Source of the DNA: the human T2T-CHM13v2.0 reference genome, Homo sapiens
Assembly: GCF_009914755.1 (NCBI RefSeq)
Contig: NC_060930.1
Reading direction: 5' to 3' (one strand)
Length of the DNA: 64,000 nucleotides
Both the position numbers and the translations under genes were made by a program. The first letter of the stretch is position 1. Each line of letters begins with the position of its first letter. Positions 42,741 through 58,098 of this stretch are shown here, in pieces. A model generated the notes under the pieces. The model ran no database searches. It saw nothing but the letters and a program-made list of their open reading frames with translations, and was not told the DNA's origin.

Positions 42741-44764
42741 TCAGTTTACAATGAATAAAGTGGTAAACTATTTTTGAGTAGTAAGATCTGATACTGGTAA
42801 GACCACGTGGCATTGAAGCCTCAGTCTTTTACTGGTCACTTTGTCAATTTGTGCATCTTTTGGAGAGCACCATGGCGATGCCTAGGAACAGACCTAACAA
42901 TGTGCATAATCCTTCACCCAGTAATTTCACTCCTATGAACTTATCTCAGGGAAATTATTCCTCAGAAGTAATGCATCCAGACATGAAAGAGTCATCTATA
43001 ATTCAAAAAAAAAAAAAAAACTGGACTAACTTTAAAGGAATCAATACAGGTACTTTCCAACACAATTAAACATTATGCAGCTATTAAAAGAGATAAACTT
43101 TTAAAATATGTCAATACAGAGAAAAATGTTTAGTGTTTGCTTTTAAAAAATAAACAGGATACAAAGAGATGTGTATCCATAAAAATATGTATGTGGAAAG
43201 TATACGGAAATAGGAAATAGTTACTGAGTTAGGTGACAGAATAATGAAAGATAACTACTTTTTTTCCAATTTTTAAAAATTTTCGTTTATTATATAAGTT
43301 GAATCATTTAAATAAATAGAAATAATTTGTTAGGTTGACCAAGCACCAAACAATTGACAATGTATTACAATATGCCAGGTCATCACTTATCTGTAATTCC
43401 TCCTGAATTGTATCCAGGCAAATCAGCCCAGCAGAACACACACTGGGAGAGCTTCCATAGCTGGCAACTTACGGGTGGGGATGAAAGGGAAGTGCTGAGC
43501 CTTCCCATTCTATATTCATCTCTAACACATAAACACACATAAGGGATGTGTACTCATAAAGATTTTTTAAAGACTATTGTCTACATGATGCTATCTTGTA
43601 AGGGTTTTTTTTTTCTTTTATTGTAATCATTCAGTAATTGGAACCCTGAAATTTAAGCACAAAGTCAAAGTCGCTTTTCTCAGAGGAAGAAAAAGCTAAA
43701 ATATACCCAGGATAAAGACCCAGAAATAGAGACCAGATAGAGCCTGTCAGAATTGTAGCAATCCGTTTGTATTGCTAAGTAAGCCACAAGGATTTCTAAG
43801 AACTCGGTATTTATTAGCATTTAATTTTATTCTGCTAAAACTAATTTTTTCATTTTCATGAATAATCAACATAGTTTTACCAATTCAGATAGCAACAAGG
43901 AAAATGGAAAACAAATAAATCACAATTCAAGACCTCCACTACCTGGTCCCCATAAGAATTGCCAGCATGGATGGGGCCTGGTCCCACAATCCCCAGCTAT
44001 TGAAAGATACCAGGCCCTCGGTCCTCTGGAAGTCTGGAATGGAGAGGCTGAGTGAAAAGAAGAGTTAATGCTTTCTGAGTGTATGATCTAATGGTCCTCT
44101 CCCTTAGAGAGCAGTGAGCAACTTAAGAGTTATTGAATAATAAGTAAAGACCCGTCAGAGTAAATCACTTCCACTTCAATGGATGAGCACAGGACTCCGG
44201 TATGAACTTGTAAGAGGGTGAGGTACTCACCAGAATGCAATCAATACAGGTAAAGTTAAAATTTATGGTTTTCAGGTCAAATTATTATTCTTCTGGCATG
44301 TGACATTAACAAACCACCAACGTAAACACACAGAAGTTCTACTGGAACAGAAGAAAAGCACTGTCATTTGCTGAGTGGCCTTAGACCCATTCCCTAGCCC
44401 TTCTGAACCCCATCTGGCCCGCTCACCCATACAATAACTCACTCTCGGAGCTGTTTTAAGACCAGAGTTACCTTCAAGGTGCTACTAAAAATAGCATCTA
44501 AAATTTACTCACACCAAAAAAGTCTACTGTCTAGGCAACTGGTTTTTGACATGGAAAGAAGGGCTGGGTTGTGTACCATGCAGACAGACCGAGCAAACGT
44601 AACCTTTCTGGCAAAACTGAAGTAGGCCTGATTTGTTCTAGATTTTATCACCTCCTCTATAAAAGACTACAATGTTCTCCCATTTGGTGCCTGCCCAAAC
44701 CAAGGCACGGTGCCCTCACGCGGCCCTTCCCTCCTGCATCCCTGCCCTATATTGGGTTACAGAC

Positions 44765-44937
44765 ACATTTGAATTACCTGGTGAGTTTTAAACTACCTTC
44801 CCCTAGACCCCTTTCCCAGAGGCTGAATTATCTGTTCTGGTGTGGTGCCCGCATAGCTGTGTTTTAAAAGCACCACCCTCCCGCTCCCCACCTCCCTGGG
44901 TGATTCTAAATGAGCAGTCAGGGCTGAAAGCCACTGC
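44765..44937. mobile_element. MER5-type hAT MITE
   Basis: gaattacctggtgag...ctgggtgattctaaatgagcagtcagggctgaaagccactg. Confidence 0.6.
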
Positions 44938-45689
44938 TCAAGACAAGCCCCTGTAGTTTAGAGAATGCTTAGAACCTGCAATAGGAAACACTGCTTTGAG
45001 GTTCCAGCTCATTACTTTCAATGTCTATGGTTTTTTTCTTTTATCTGTGTATTTTATCTTTCTAGCTAGATTGACAGGCATAATTACTTCCATGTCTTCA
45101 CTTTTCTTCTCTGATCTCTGTTCCCAGTTACTCAGCATATGCTAAATGTGCTAACATGTGTGCGTAGATGTTCATCCTTTTCCACTGCCTGGTTCTGAAG
45201 GCTTTTCCCATTCACTTTCATAGAAGGTATGAGTGTGTGGCTGCTGTGTTGTAAGCAAGCAGCTTCTGGCCAAGACTTGAAGGCCTAATGTGGAGATGAG
45301 GTGGGCATCTCTATGAGGTGCTGTTGCATGATCTAATTAAACAGAGTAGGAAGAGCAGGTATTAAAACAGCCTATCCCAAAGCTTTCTTAAAAACAAAAA
45401 CAATTTTGCTACTGTCCAAGTAAAAAGAGAAAAAAATTTTAAAAGAAGTGGAAGATTCATTGTTCAAAGCATAGATTTAGTAACAATGGATGTAGAGTAG
45501 TGCTGTAAACACGAATGCTTTAAAGCACTGAGACTTCAGCAGGCGTGAGTAGCAGCCTAAACATAAATCACAACCCAACAGAGCAAACAGAATTCGAGAC
45601 AACCAATCTCTACTTTGGCCTCTGCCTTGTTTCATGACTTATAAAATGACTCTACTCTTCTCCCCAGAGAGTGAACATAAAATCATGAA

Positions 45690-46021
<332 letters not shown>

Positions 46022-47404
46022 TTAGAACTAGAAAGACCTCCCATTTCTAAACATCTCACCATCTGTAAAAAAGACCCCTCCTCAGCTATCATGACAGTGG
46101 TCATCCAACCTCATCTGGAGAATAGCAGCTCAGGCCACACCACAAGTCCTCCCAATTGTGGACAGCTCTGTCTTAAAATTCTGCCTTACCCTGAGTTGAA
46201 AGCTATTATTTCTCCAAATATACATCTCACCTTCCTCTCTGTCTCTTCTCCCCTCCCTCTTATGCCTGTCATCTACAGTGACAACTAAGTCATTAGCCAC
46301 TTTTAAGTATTTGAAAAAAGTTAGTATATTACCTGATAGCTTTATTTCTCCATACTATCCATGCCCAGTATCCTCAAATTCCTCACATGAAATTTTTTCC
46401 CCATTAACTACTCCTGACCAGCCTCCTCTGGAAACACACTAGTTTGGCCATTTTTCTTTTAAAAGCACAATCCCAAAACTGCTCCTTACACTCTTGTTCA
46501 ATAAATATCTGCTGGATGCCTCATGTGTTCCAGGCACTCAGTTGGGCTCTCAAGACAAAGGAGGAATCTGCCAGGCCTGGCACAGAGTCCAGCTGAGGAA
46601 ACACTCAAACCAAACCATTAGAAGAGGGTGCAAGGTGAGCTCTGAAAAAGAAAGCACCAGCTGCCTGGGAGCACGGAACAGGTTTGCTGGGAACACTCTG
46701 GGAGACAGGTCCAGCCTCGGTCCACTGAACTCCAACCTGGTGACACCAATGCACACTGTTCAGCTCTTCAGAGCATTCTCTGCAGTAGTGATCATTTCTT
46801 TAGGTAGTCCTCATTAGAGGACTAATGAAAGGGTATCACTCATTCATAGAGAGACATGCAGATTATTCACAAATGATCTACAAGTGGGTGTCTGAAGATA
46901 CACCAACTTATACATGTTGTGTACCCGTTAAACCCTCAGACTCCCAGCTGAAGAAAGGGAAAGTTGACAACATAAGGGAGAAGAGGGTAGGGAAAGTGAG
47001 AGCAAGTGCCTACAGCAGCTTAAGTTTCCAGCTACTATCTCAAACAAAAATCAGAGACTCCAGACCAAAAAGCCATACTATTAATAACTGTAAGGTTGCA
47101 ATATTTTAGTATTGAATTCTCCTTCTAGTTAAATCTTTCTAATATTTTCCTAGGAAAAAAATCCTGAAGGTTGAATTACTTAATAAGTAAATGTTAGAAA
47201 TATGATATTTTATCTTTTGAAACTACTAAAACTACATACTAATTTTTACTCCTACCACAAGAATATGTCAATGCCTCTCCCATACCTCTGCTGATACTCC
47301 TTCATATTATTTAAAAAACAAAACAAAAACAAAATATGCCAATTTGATTGACAGAGAAGTGCCTCATTTTTTAGCTTGCATTTCTCTGATATTAAAGAGG
47401 TTGA

Positions 47405-47706
47405 GGCCAGGTGCAGTGGCTTACGTCTACAATCCCAGCACGTTGTGGGGCCAAGGCAGGCGGACCACTTGAGCACAGGAATTCAAGACCAGCCTGGGCA
47501 ACATGGCAAAACCTCATCTCTACAAAAAATACAAAAATTAGCTGGGTGTGGTGGCACACGCCTGTGGTCCCAGCTCCTCGGGACGATGAGGCAGAAGGAT
47601 CGCTTGAGCCCAGGAGATCAAGGCTTCAGTGACCTATGATTGTGCCACTGCACTACAGCCTGGGCAACAGAGTGAGACCTTGTCTCAACAAAAATAAGTA
47701 AACAAA
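47405..47706 (+). mobile_element. AluJ-type element inside L1M
   Basis: Diverged dimer; TSD taaagaggttga. Confidence 0.92.
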
Positions 47707-48380
47707 TAAAGAGGTTGAACATTTTTAATATATTTATTCATCATTTGTATTGTTTTTGTAAATTACCTCTTTATATGTCTTCTGACCAATTTTCCCCCTT
47801 AAGTATTCACTTTTCTTATTTATTTATAAAAGCTCTTCAAATGTTAATATTCTTTTGTCACATGTTGCAAACATTTTTCCAGCTTACCCTTTCAACTTTA
47901 AATATGGCAATTTTTTTATATACAGGAGGTTGGTTTTCTTTTTTCTCATGTCATCAAGCAATTCAACTTTTCTTTTATAGTTTCACCCTATGGCACCATG
48001 TTTAGAAAAACTTTCCTAAGCTCAACATTCTATAAGTTTCCCATATTTTATTCTGGCACCTTTATGGTTTTATGTTTACGGTTTTATGTTTCACATTTAA
48101 ATGCTTGATTCATTTGGAATTTATTCTGACATGAAGTCAGAATTGAACTTATGTTGTTCCAAATGGTTAGCCACCTGTCCTAGCACCATTTATTGAATGA
48201 ATTTGTCTTTCCTCCACTGATCACGGCTGCCTTTATCATATACTGCATCTCTACTCATGTGTCTGTCTCATAGGGACCTCAAACTCAGCATACCCACACC
48301 TGAAATTCATGATCTTCCCCTCTTCTCCAGTGTCCTCCAACTCTGTGAATGGCTACCTCATCAATAATGTTTATTTGTCC

Positions 48381-48560
48381 TTTGTTTTTTGGTTCTTTTC
48401 AGAAATGAGGTTTTGCTATGTTGCTCAGGCTGGGGTGCAGTGGCTATTCACAGTTGTAATCACAGTTCTCTGCAGCCTTCAACTCCTGGCCTCAAGCGAT
48501 TCCCATTGCCTCAGCCTCCTGAGTACCCAGAACTATAGACACGTGCCCCCACACCCAGCC
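48381..48560 (-). mobile_element. Old Alu monomer (FAM/FRAM-like)
   Basis: ggctggggtgcagtggctattcacag...ctcaagcgattccc...cacccagcc. Confidence 0.8.
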
Positions 48561-48758
48561 ATCCACTAAGTTTTAATGTCCAGAACCTGATTATGCCTGA
48601 CCCCGCCCCTCTCCATCACCACAACCCTCCCCCTCTACACATACACATCAAATCACTAAACTTTCTCAGTTCTGTCTCTAAAACATAGTTCTCATTCATA
48701 ACTTTCTGCCCAACTCTACCACCATGCCTATAATCCAAGCACCATCTTATCTTTCCTG

Positions 48759-48951
48759 GACCCTGTCTCTACAAAAAATACAAAATACAAAACCCCGTCT
48801 CTACAAAAAATACAAAAATTAGCTGGGCGTGGTAGCACACGCCTGTGGTCCCAGCTACTCAGGACAATGAGGCAGAAGGATCACTTGAGCCCAGGAGATC
48901 AAGGCTTCAGTGAGCTATGATTGTGTCACTGCACTACAGCCTGGGCAACAG
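48759..48951 (+). mobile_element. Partial Alu (linker plus right arm), a local copy of the Alu at 47405
   Basis: Shares unusual variants with 47507-47670; no tail and no TSD. Confidence 0.85.
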
Positions 48952-49345
48952 CTTCTTCCCTGGGCCACCAAACCTACTCTTGGCCCCTCCAGCACATGAA
49001 ACGGATATAGGATCACACCGTGTCCCAACTTTCAACCTCTGCTGGTTTCCACTGCTCTTGGGAAAAAGTCCAGATTTATTTATGTTACACATAAGACTGT
49101 GAGCTCAGCCCCTGCCACCACTGCCTCATGCCACTCCTGCTCTCACACAATTTCCAGACACACTAGCCACCTTTTCATTCCTTGAAAGCGCCCAGCTGCT
49201 GTTCATCTCAGGCCGTTTACATATGATGTTCCTTCTCTAGTCCACGCTATTCTACTCGCTGTCCCACCCTTGTTGCCCACACCTACATACATGCCTGCCT
49301 TACTTGGGCTTATCTTTCAGAATGCTGCTTAAATATGACCTCCTT

Positions 49346-49621
49346 GGCCAGGCGCAGTGCCTCACACCTGTAATCCCGGCACCCTGGGAAGCCGAGGCAG
49401 GTGGATCACCTGAGGTCAGGAGTTCAAGACCAGCCTGGCCAACATGGTGAAAGACCATCTCTAATAAAAATACAAAAATTAGCCAGGTGTGGTGCCGCAC
49501 ACCTGTAATTTCAGCTACTTGAGGGCTGAGGTAAGAGAATCACTTGAACTTGGGAGGCGGAGACTACAGTGAGCTGAGAGCACACTACTGCACTCCAGCC
49601 TGGGCAACTGAGCAACACTCC

Positions 49622-49655
<34 letters not shown>
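49346..49655 (+). mobile_element. AluS-type element
   Basis: Full dimer, long A tail; TSD aaat(a/g)t(g/c)acctcctt. Confidence 0.93.
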
Positions 49656-52344
49656 CAGTAAATGTCACCTCCTTGAAGAAGGCTTCCAGAACCACCTCTT
49701 CATCACTACCACCACCATGTTCATTTCCCCTGCAAAAAAATTCCTCACTGCACTTTGCACTTTACAGTGGCACCCCTCACAGGTGCTGAGATTTTATAAA
49801 TGTTTACCTGCAATATCTCCCTCAGGTGGCAGCTCTGGTAGCTCAGGGCTGTGCCCAATGTGTTCACCACCAACCCTTAAGCCCCTCACAAAAAGCCTGG
49901 CACACTGTTCAAGGCATATGTGTTTAACCACACAGTCCTAAGTCAATGGAATTACCCTTCTGCCTGAATTCTAATTATTACAAGTATACTCTCCTCCTAA
50001 GGTGTCTAACAACAGAAAAGTGGCTGAAAATAACATCGCAGTTTCCACTTGCACAGCCCATTACTATTTCTGATCCTACTTACTCTTAAATACATTTACA
50101 AATTTAAATTTTTTGCTCAGAAAGCACTCCTAAGATCCACAGATCCTGGAGTCCATGCTTGGCTATCTGCTAACAGCATTCTGACATTCATTCATTCTTT
50201 TATTCACTCATCCAGCAGATATTTATTGACCACCACTGGTCCACAGCTGAGCCTCACAACTGAAACTGTATTTTTCTTCTTCTCCCTCTATATGACTGTA
50301 TCTCCCAAACCAACTCTATTTACCAATTATTCATCTACTTTTCCCATGAGATAGCTGCTGTATCACCACCCAGGATCTATACAAATCCAATTAAAAGCAA
50401 ACAAACATTAGGTTTTAGTAATCTGTGCTGCCTCATCATGATCAGTATCATCAAATCCAGCCACCTAGCACCCTGTACCCCACCCTGAGCTTTAAGGGGT
50501 CAGTAGAGAGATCAAGAGAAGAAACTCAGGCCCAGCTTTAACCCACTCGCCCCCCCCACCCACAAGGGGTTGCCCCCTTAACATTCCTGAATAGCTCTGA
50601 GCTCTGGGAAGAAAGCTGCTTTCCAGAAGCATCAAAATGCAATCTTGTGTTGGTGCTCAGAGAAGCTTGAGAGCCACAGGATAAGGTGTATAAAACCACA
50701 GAAAGGGTTTGACAACAACCCAAGGCACACTCCCCAGAGGGTAGCTCTTCTACATGTGTTAACCTACTCATCCCCCTCCCCCTGCCTATTTCCTACAAGA
50801 GTCCAGCCTTGTCTTTGGATTCTGAGCTCAGTGAAGCCAGTTCTCTCTTTCTCAGCATGCCAGAGCTATAAGAGGGCCGCAATGTGGCACCTGCCTTTCC
50901 AAGGTTTTTGACCTACACTGCAAGGCATAATTGCACCCATATTTTCTTTACCTTTCCCTCAACACATGCCTGTCTCTGAGTTTCCCTGACTCTGCTATAG
51001 TCATCTGCTCCCTGAAGAGCATCAACACTGCTTCATGGTATAGGCTTCCCAATCTGGAGGGATGGAACCCCAAAGGCATTTCTGGGTAAGAGCAACCTAC
51101 AGATTTTCTATGACTAATCACAAAAGCTTAACCCTGCTGTTCTCTGAGAATATTTTCACCTTCCATGAACTAAGTGATCACCCAAATAGCTATATACTTG
51201 GAAAACAAAGTTGCTTGATTGTTTTATTCTACAGCAAAATTCAATCATTCTGAAAAGGAAAACCACACTGTCATTATACATGCTTAGGAAGGTGACATGA
51301 AGCAGCAAATGATTCATTTTTACTGCCTTTGAAGGGACGCACTACCTTGCAACTCCCTACTCTTTATTACATAGTCAAGGTCACACTGATGTTTACTAAA
51401 ATAACTAAAAAGTCTGGTTCTTAAAAATGTGTTGATCCAATGTCAACAAAGACTGAAAAATAATGACTCCGCAAGCCATTTTCTGACTCAATAAAATGCT
51501 GTAGCCTGGAAAAAAAGAAAAGTATATTACATTTTTTATTAATCAAGTGAAGTTTGCTGGAAATCAGATTTTTTTTTCACTTCCACTTACAAATTCCATT
51601 TACCACTTCGCTCTTTCAGAAGCAGCCCCCAAAAAGAGATCATTTCTCCTTAAGCATTTCATCCTAGAGGCTGGGCAGCAAGCCTCCCGATGAAGGGCAC
51701 AGCTTCAACTCACAAGGCTCAGGATCTCTAAATCAGTGATAATGCTCCACATTTAAATCTGTACTCTGCTTCCAGGGGCAACCTAATCAAACGTACTTAA
51801 AAATTACTTTGAAGACCACATTTTAACTTGCCAGTGGAAGTCGTGGCAATTTTAGAAAATGTTCTAAAGAAATCATCCTGACATAACTTAACTTCTGTAT
51901 TTAAAGCACAATTCTTAAGAAACCAAGGTAGTAGTCAGGTCAGAAAACAGCAGGGGCCTTAGGTCTGACAGCCTGGATTTGAGTCTGGGCTTCACTTGTT
52001 AGTGGTTGTGTGATTGTTGGCAAGTCATTCAACCTTTCTGTGCCTCGTTTTTCTTATCTGTCAAATGGGTGGTGTTCCTTTCACTTTGTACTAGAGTCTA
52101 TCTTCCATTCATATTTTGTATCTCATGGCCACAGCTGGGGATCTCTGTGTTAACATGGGACACAACTATACAATTCTTATTTTCATTGTCTTATTTTGCA
52201 TCCACTTCAAGGTCATACCTGTAATCTATGTAGGCCTGATAACAGAAATACTAAAAAGGCAAAAGACAAAGCAGGGTTTTGTCTGATAAATCTTCTATCA
52301 GTTTTCCTGGCACCAAGGGTGATACACAGCACACAGAATCACAT

Positions 52345-52730
<386 letters not shown>

Positions 52731-53019
52731 TCAAAATTATGCATAAAAATATTGGAAACATATGCACCAAAATGGTAACAGTTGTTAGCAATGGGTTAGA
52801 AGATTACAGCAACAAGAAGTGAGAGAGGGATGGGAAAATATATTTTTTAAAAATTGCAGTGACTTATTTTCCTTCCTTATGCTTTTCTGAGCCTTCCCAA
52901 ATTTCTACAATAAATTCTAAAATCAGAAAAATGATTTTTGTTATAAAGACATTTTTCCCAGAAAACAATGTTTCCAATGAAGTTGTGTTACATACAAAAT
53001 CAGTGACAGTGATTATGAG

Positions 53020-53228
53020 AATAACTATTTATTTAGCACTTCCTATGGGTCAGGCCCTGCAGTAAGTACTTTACAGAAAGCATTTCATTTAGTCCCCACC
53101 CACTGTGATGTAGGTATTGTTCTGAACCTCATTTTGCAAATGAACAACTCAAGTTATTTGTGTGAAATCAAAGAGCTGGTAAGCGGTGATGCCCCAGATG
53201 TGAACCCGGGATCTGACTCCAGGATTCC
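53020..53228 (-). mobile_element. MIR SINE
   Basis: atttatttagcacttcctatg...ctcattttgcaaatga...ggatctgactccag. Confidence 0.7.
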
Positions 53229-53487
53229 CACACCCATATGCCAGCCACTAGGCTTCCTGCCTCTAGCCACGCTGGTTCCCAAAAACCTCACCTCTCTGTT
53301 TTTGATTTTCATGTCTTCTTTGCTCTTTATTGACTCTCATTCTTTTTTGGGAGTGTTCAGAAATAAACAGTGTATGTATTTCTGGCATGTGGAGGCATCA
53401 GGCAACCATTACACATAGTTATCTGCTATGAACACACACACCTTCCCCAAGGGGGACATAAGAACATGAGGATTAAAAAGCAAACCC

Positions 53488-53794
53488 GGCCGGGCGCGGT
53501 GGCTCACGCCTGTAATCCCAGCACTTTGGGAGGCCGAGGCAGGCGGATCACGAGGTCGAGAAATCGAGACCATCCTGGCTAACACGGTGAAACCCCGTCT
53601 CTACTAAAAATACAAAAAAAATTAGCCAGACATGGTGGCGGGCGCCTGTAGTCCCAGCTACTTACGAGGGTGAGACAGGAGAATGGCGTGATCCCGCGAA
53701 GCGGAGCTTGCAGTGAGCCGAGATTGCACCACTGCACTCTAGCCTGGGCGACAGAGCGAGACTCCGTCTCAAAAAAAAAAAAAAAAAAAAAAAA
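53488..53794 (+). mobile_element. AluY, CpG-rich
   Basis: AluY diagnostics, pure A tail, TSD aaaaagcaaaccc. Confidence 0.95.
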
Positions 53795-54129
53795 GCAAAC
53801 CCTCCAACTGTCAGCTCTCACAGCACCACAAACCTCTCCTTCCAGATGCTGGTCACGCCTGCCCTCCACATTTGCCTGCTGTTTGATTACTTCTACATGC
53901 CGACCACTTTTCAGAGCACTTTGCATGCATTACTTTTCTTCTCACCATTACTGTTCCTACTTTACACAAGAAAATTCAGGCCCAGAGAAGTCAAGAGGCT
54001 TGCCCAAGGCCTTAGAGCTGGGGTTTGAGTTCTGGAGTTATCATTCTCAAGTCAATGAAGAACGAAGGTACACCTCTCCATTTTCTAAAAAAATGTTTCT
54101 CCTATTAGGATTGCTTCATTTTATTTCTG

Positions 54130-54800
54130 TAGGTCCTGAATATTTCGTATAAATCATACTCCTAATATTTTTAAATTATATTTTCCAACTGGTTATTTGA
54201 GATACTCAAGAAAACTTGTTTACATGTTAGCTTTGTATCCTTCGTAAACTTACTGAATTCTCTCATTAACTGTAATAATTTTAGTTGATTCTCCATTATA
54301 TCAGCTACATAATCTCCTAATTTCTATAAATACTAATTTTGTCTCCTCCTTTCCAATACAAAGATATATTTCTTTCATGTTGTACAACTACATTGTCAGA
54401 ACCCTCCCAAAACTACATTAAATAATAGCAAGAGCAGGCATCTTTGTTTGGTATTTTATTTAACTGGGGATGCTCCTAGTGACTCAACACTAAGTATGAC
54501 ACCAGTTGTTGGCTTAATATAATACCCTTCCATCGGGTTCAGGAACTAGTCTTTGAGTCCTATTTTACTAAGAGTGTTTATCAGGAATGAATACTAAACT
54601 TCATCATCAAATGTCTTCCCAGTACTGAGATAATTATGACTGTCCTCCTAGCAATTCATGATAAATATTATTAATGTATTTTATATCATAAAATCATATT
54701 TTCTATTCTAACTCTACCTGATTTGACTGCAGAGTATTTTTCAGATATGAAAATAAAAATTAGCTAATTTTGTTTAACTGTTTTATGTAGTTTGAATTTC
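54130..54800 (-). mobile_element. L1M ORF2-region fragment
   Basis: aacttactgaattctctcatta...gagcaggcatctttg...ttactaagagtgtttatcaggaatg. Confidence 0.7.
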
Positions 54801-55307
54801 ATTTATTTTAGTTTGAATTAAGTTACAATTTTTAAAACTATATCCATAGCTATTCACTATGCCTGTCTCCTGTCTCTCTTTACCACCTCCCACCAGGCCT
54901 AATTCATCCCCCACAACATCAACAGAGCCGCTTTTCTAGATCACACATGCGGCTCCTTCTCTCTTATTCTCAGCAATCTGCAACATCACCATGTTTCTGT
55001 ATTATAAAGTATACATCTTTTAGCATGATAATTACTGTCCTTTATAAGATGGCCCCAAACTATCTTTTAATCTTCATTTCAACCATGATTCCCAAATGCC
55101 ACTCACTTGGGATTCTTTTTCTCATGATTTTCCCAAAAAGTCCTTATTTTCTTCACTGGGACAACTCTTTTCTTTCTTGGGCCAACACACTGCCGCCTCA
55201 TCTACGGCCCTCCCCAGTCCCCCCTGCTATTTCATCCCAGAGCACCAAGTACACGTCTCTGTCGTGGGACTTGCCCCAGCCTGACTTGTGCAGATCCTCA
55301 TTTGGAG

Positions 55308-55486
55308 CAGAGGTCCGCAAACTTCTGTGAAGAGTCAGATGGTGAATATTTCAGGCTCTCCAGGCCTCATGGGCACATTTCTGTTGCATTTTTTCCCTAC
55401 ACTTTAATAAAGTAAAAACCATTATTAGCTCACAGGCTATATGAAAACAGGCCACCAGGGATCAGCAGTACTTTGCCTCTCCTGGT
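55308..55486. mobile_element. MER58-type hAT MITE
   Basis: cagaggtccgcaaactt...cagatggtgaatatttcaggct...aaaaccattattagctc. Confidence 0.7.
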
Positions 55487-57765
55487 TTACAGCCTCATCA
55501 CCCCCTGGACTATAAGCTAGTTGAGAGAGGGAAAAATCTCTAACCCATCTTCATATTCCTCAGCTCCTGGCACTTGGGAAATGTTCAAATCACTGAAGTT
55601 GATTGACCAGGAACATTGATAACTAATGTATCCTGATGAGTCAGATATACAACCATGGACAATTATTTCCCCAAATCTTGAGCTATTTCAACAAAAAGTA
55701 ATTTTGGATTTTGAGTCTCTTAGGCATCTGGGCATCAAAAATGAGCCACATCCGTGGGGATGGCAGGGAGGTAGTTTGAATTTCACTTATTCAATAAATG
55801 AAATGAGGCTTTTTGCCTCATTTAGTAAGACAAATTATGATATTCAGCCAAAGAGCCTCTCCCTCCCCAAATATAGAAAAAGTGCTTCTCTTATCACAGA
55901 GTTCACAACTACACTGCTCCCTGGGCCTCACAGAATATAACGCCAGCTAACTCCAACTTTTCAACTAGCCTGCTCAGCTTCTCATCCCAGAAAATCCAGA
56001 CTTTTAATGCTGTTTTGAATACTTATCATGTATCCAGCCTAGCTATCAGTGATTCCTTTTTCTTCTATCTCCTGAAAACTGGGGAGAAAGCATTGTCTAA
56101 ATCGCTAAACGCGAGAGAAACAATTGTCAGTTACCATTATTATTGCTATCACCCTGCTCTCTGATTTTCCCAACCAGAAATGTCCCGAAAGGTGAAGGTC
56201 GCCCCTCTCTGGTTAAAAAAGCAACACTGTTAAAGATGTGTGGTGCTTATAGCATAATTTCTGTCATAATTCCAGGGGCTCAATTCCTTGCTTACTGAGG
56301 CTCACAACAGCATGAGCCGGTGAGGAAGGGGAAGAAGCCAGGAACAGACATAGCCATTGTTAAGGAGAAATGGCCCAGTTGTGAGCCTGGTTTCTGAGGC
56401 CAAGAGTCCAGCATTAAGTTTCCAAAGGAATGAGGCAAACTTGAGGTTAATTCCATTCACATCTACATCAAGCAGGTCTACCTGGTCCCAGTGGAGCAAA
56501 ACAACAGAAGGCCTAGACAATGTCAATTCTGCAGGCCAGACAGAGCTTTTGAAGGAGTCCAGCCAGTATCAAGCCCCCACCCCCAGAACATAACTCCCGT
56601 AATGAAGCTAGCCAAGAGCTGGATGTGGTACTGGGATCTGCCCTCTGCAAGCTGGGGTTCAAGGAAGGACCTCAGGTCTAGCAACTGTCTGAAATGTAGA
56701 GCAGAAAGATGCAGTCAGAGTGGGTCACTCTGCAAGGGACAGGTTATATCCAGAACGGCCTCTACCCAGCATGGCTTCCAGTTCCTAAGGCACGAGGTGG
56801 TCTTCAACAAAACACATTCTAAACTCTACTTCCTAGCAGAGGTGAGGTACTTAATGTGCTCTAGAATGAGGATGAGGGTGAATCTGGAAATTACTGCAGA
56901 TGAGGGAGAGCCAGTGAAAACCCACCTTCTGCAGAAAAAACTAGTAGCCCTCAAAAGGACCTGGTCAGATGACCTAGTCACATGGAGGACTTGGCTCCCT
57001 GTACATTAGCTATCCCCCAGGAGAAGCCATTATTTCACACATAGAAGGTCCTGAATTCAATATCTGTTTATGAATTGTCATCGCTATGAATCAAGCTCTG
57101 CCCAGTAAAGAACCACATCAGCCCAGGCCCCCTCAACCGGTCAGGGGAGCAAGAGTACATCATTCTATTCCCAGCCATCCTCACCAGCCCGCGGGTACAC
57201 ACTGCTCTCTGTGCTTCTCTTTTAGTGGTTTCCCAAACAAAATTATATCATTGTGTGTGACAAATACAAAATCACACTACTAAATGTGCTAGTAATAAGA
57301 GGACTAAGAATATGACCAGGAATAAGAGGGGTGAGAAAATGACAAATGTTCCACATATACAGGGAATGGATCAGAATCAGTGCTGTCAGCAGGCCTCTCA
57401 AACTCTTGACGTCAATGGGCACACAGTTGAACCTCTGAGCAGCGTGTTCCTAAAGCAGCCTGTGACCCTGACCTGTTTATAAACCAAAGTGCTTCCTTGC
57501 TCAAAATCCCTGTTTTCTTACAGCACATTCAGAAGTGCCAGCATCACTTGCAGCCAGGTGGTGAGGCTGAAGCATGTTCCATACTCTCTTCACACGGGCT
57601 CACCATGCTAAAAACAGTCAAGTACCAGTGATTAAGTAGAAAGACACATGCTTTTGAAAATTAGAGGATTTGGTTAAATGTGGGGACTGCAATCTACACA
57701 TGGAAGCAAAGAAATCAACCAAAATTAAAACATAAATTAGTGAACCAACAGTGTTTTACTAATCA

Positions 57766-58098
<333 letters not shown>

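Larger units (their letters stand above)
48260..49925 (+). mobile_element. L2 LINE interrupted by three Alu pieces
   Basis: gacctcaaactcagcatacccacacctgaa; tccaagcaccatc; aaatgtcacctcctt; gcctggcacactg. Confidence 0.75.

Noticed and set aside
56491-57009. 172-aa plus-strand ORF antisense to the FAXC intron
   Set aside because: GTG start, no recognisable motif and no supporting gene structure; compatible with chance.
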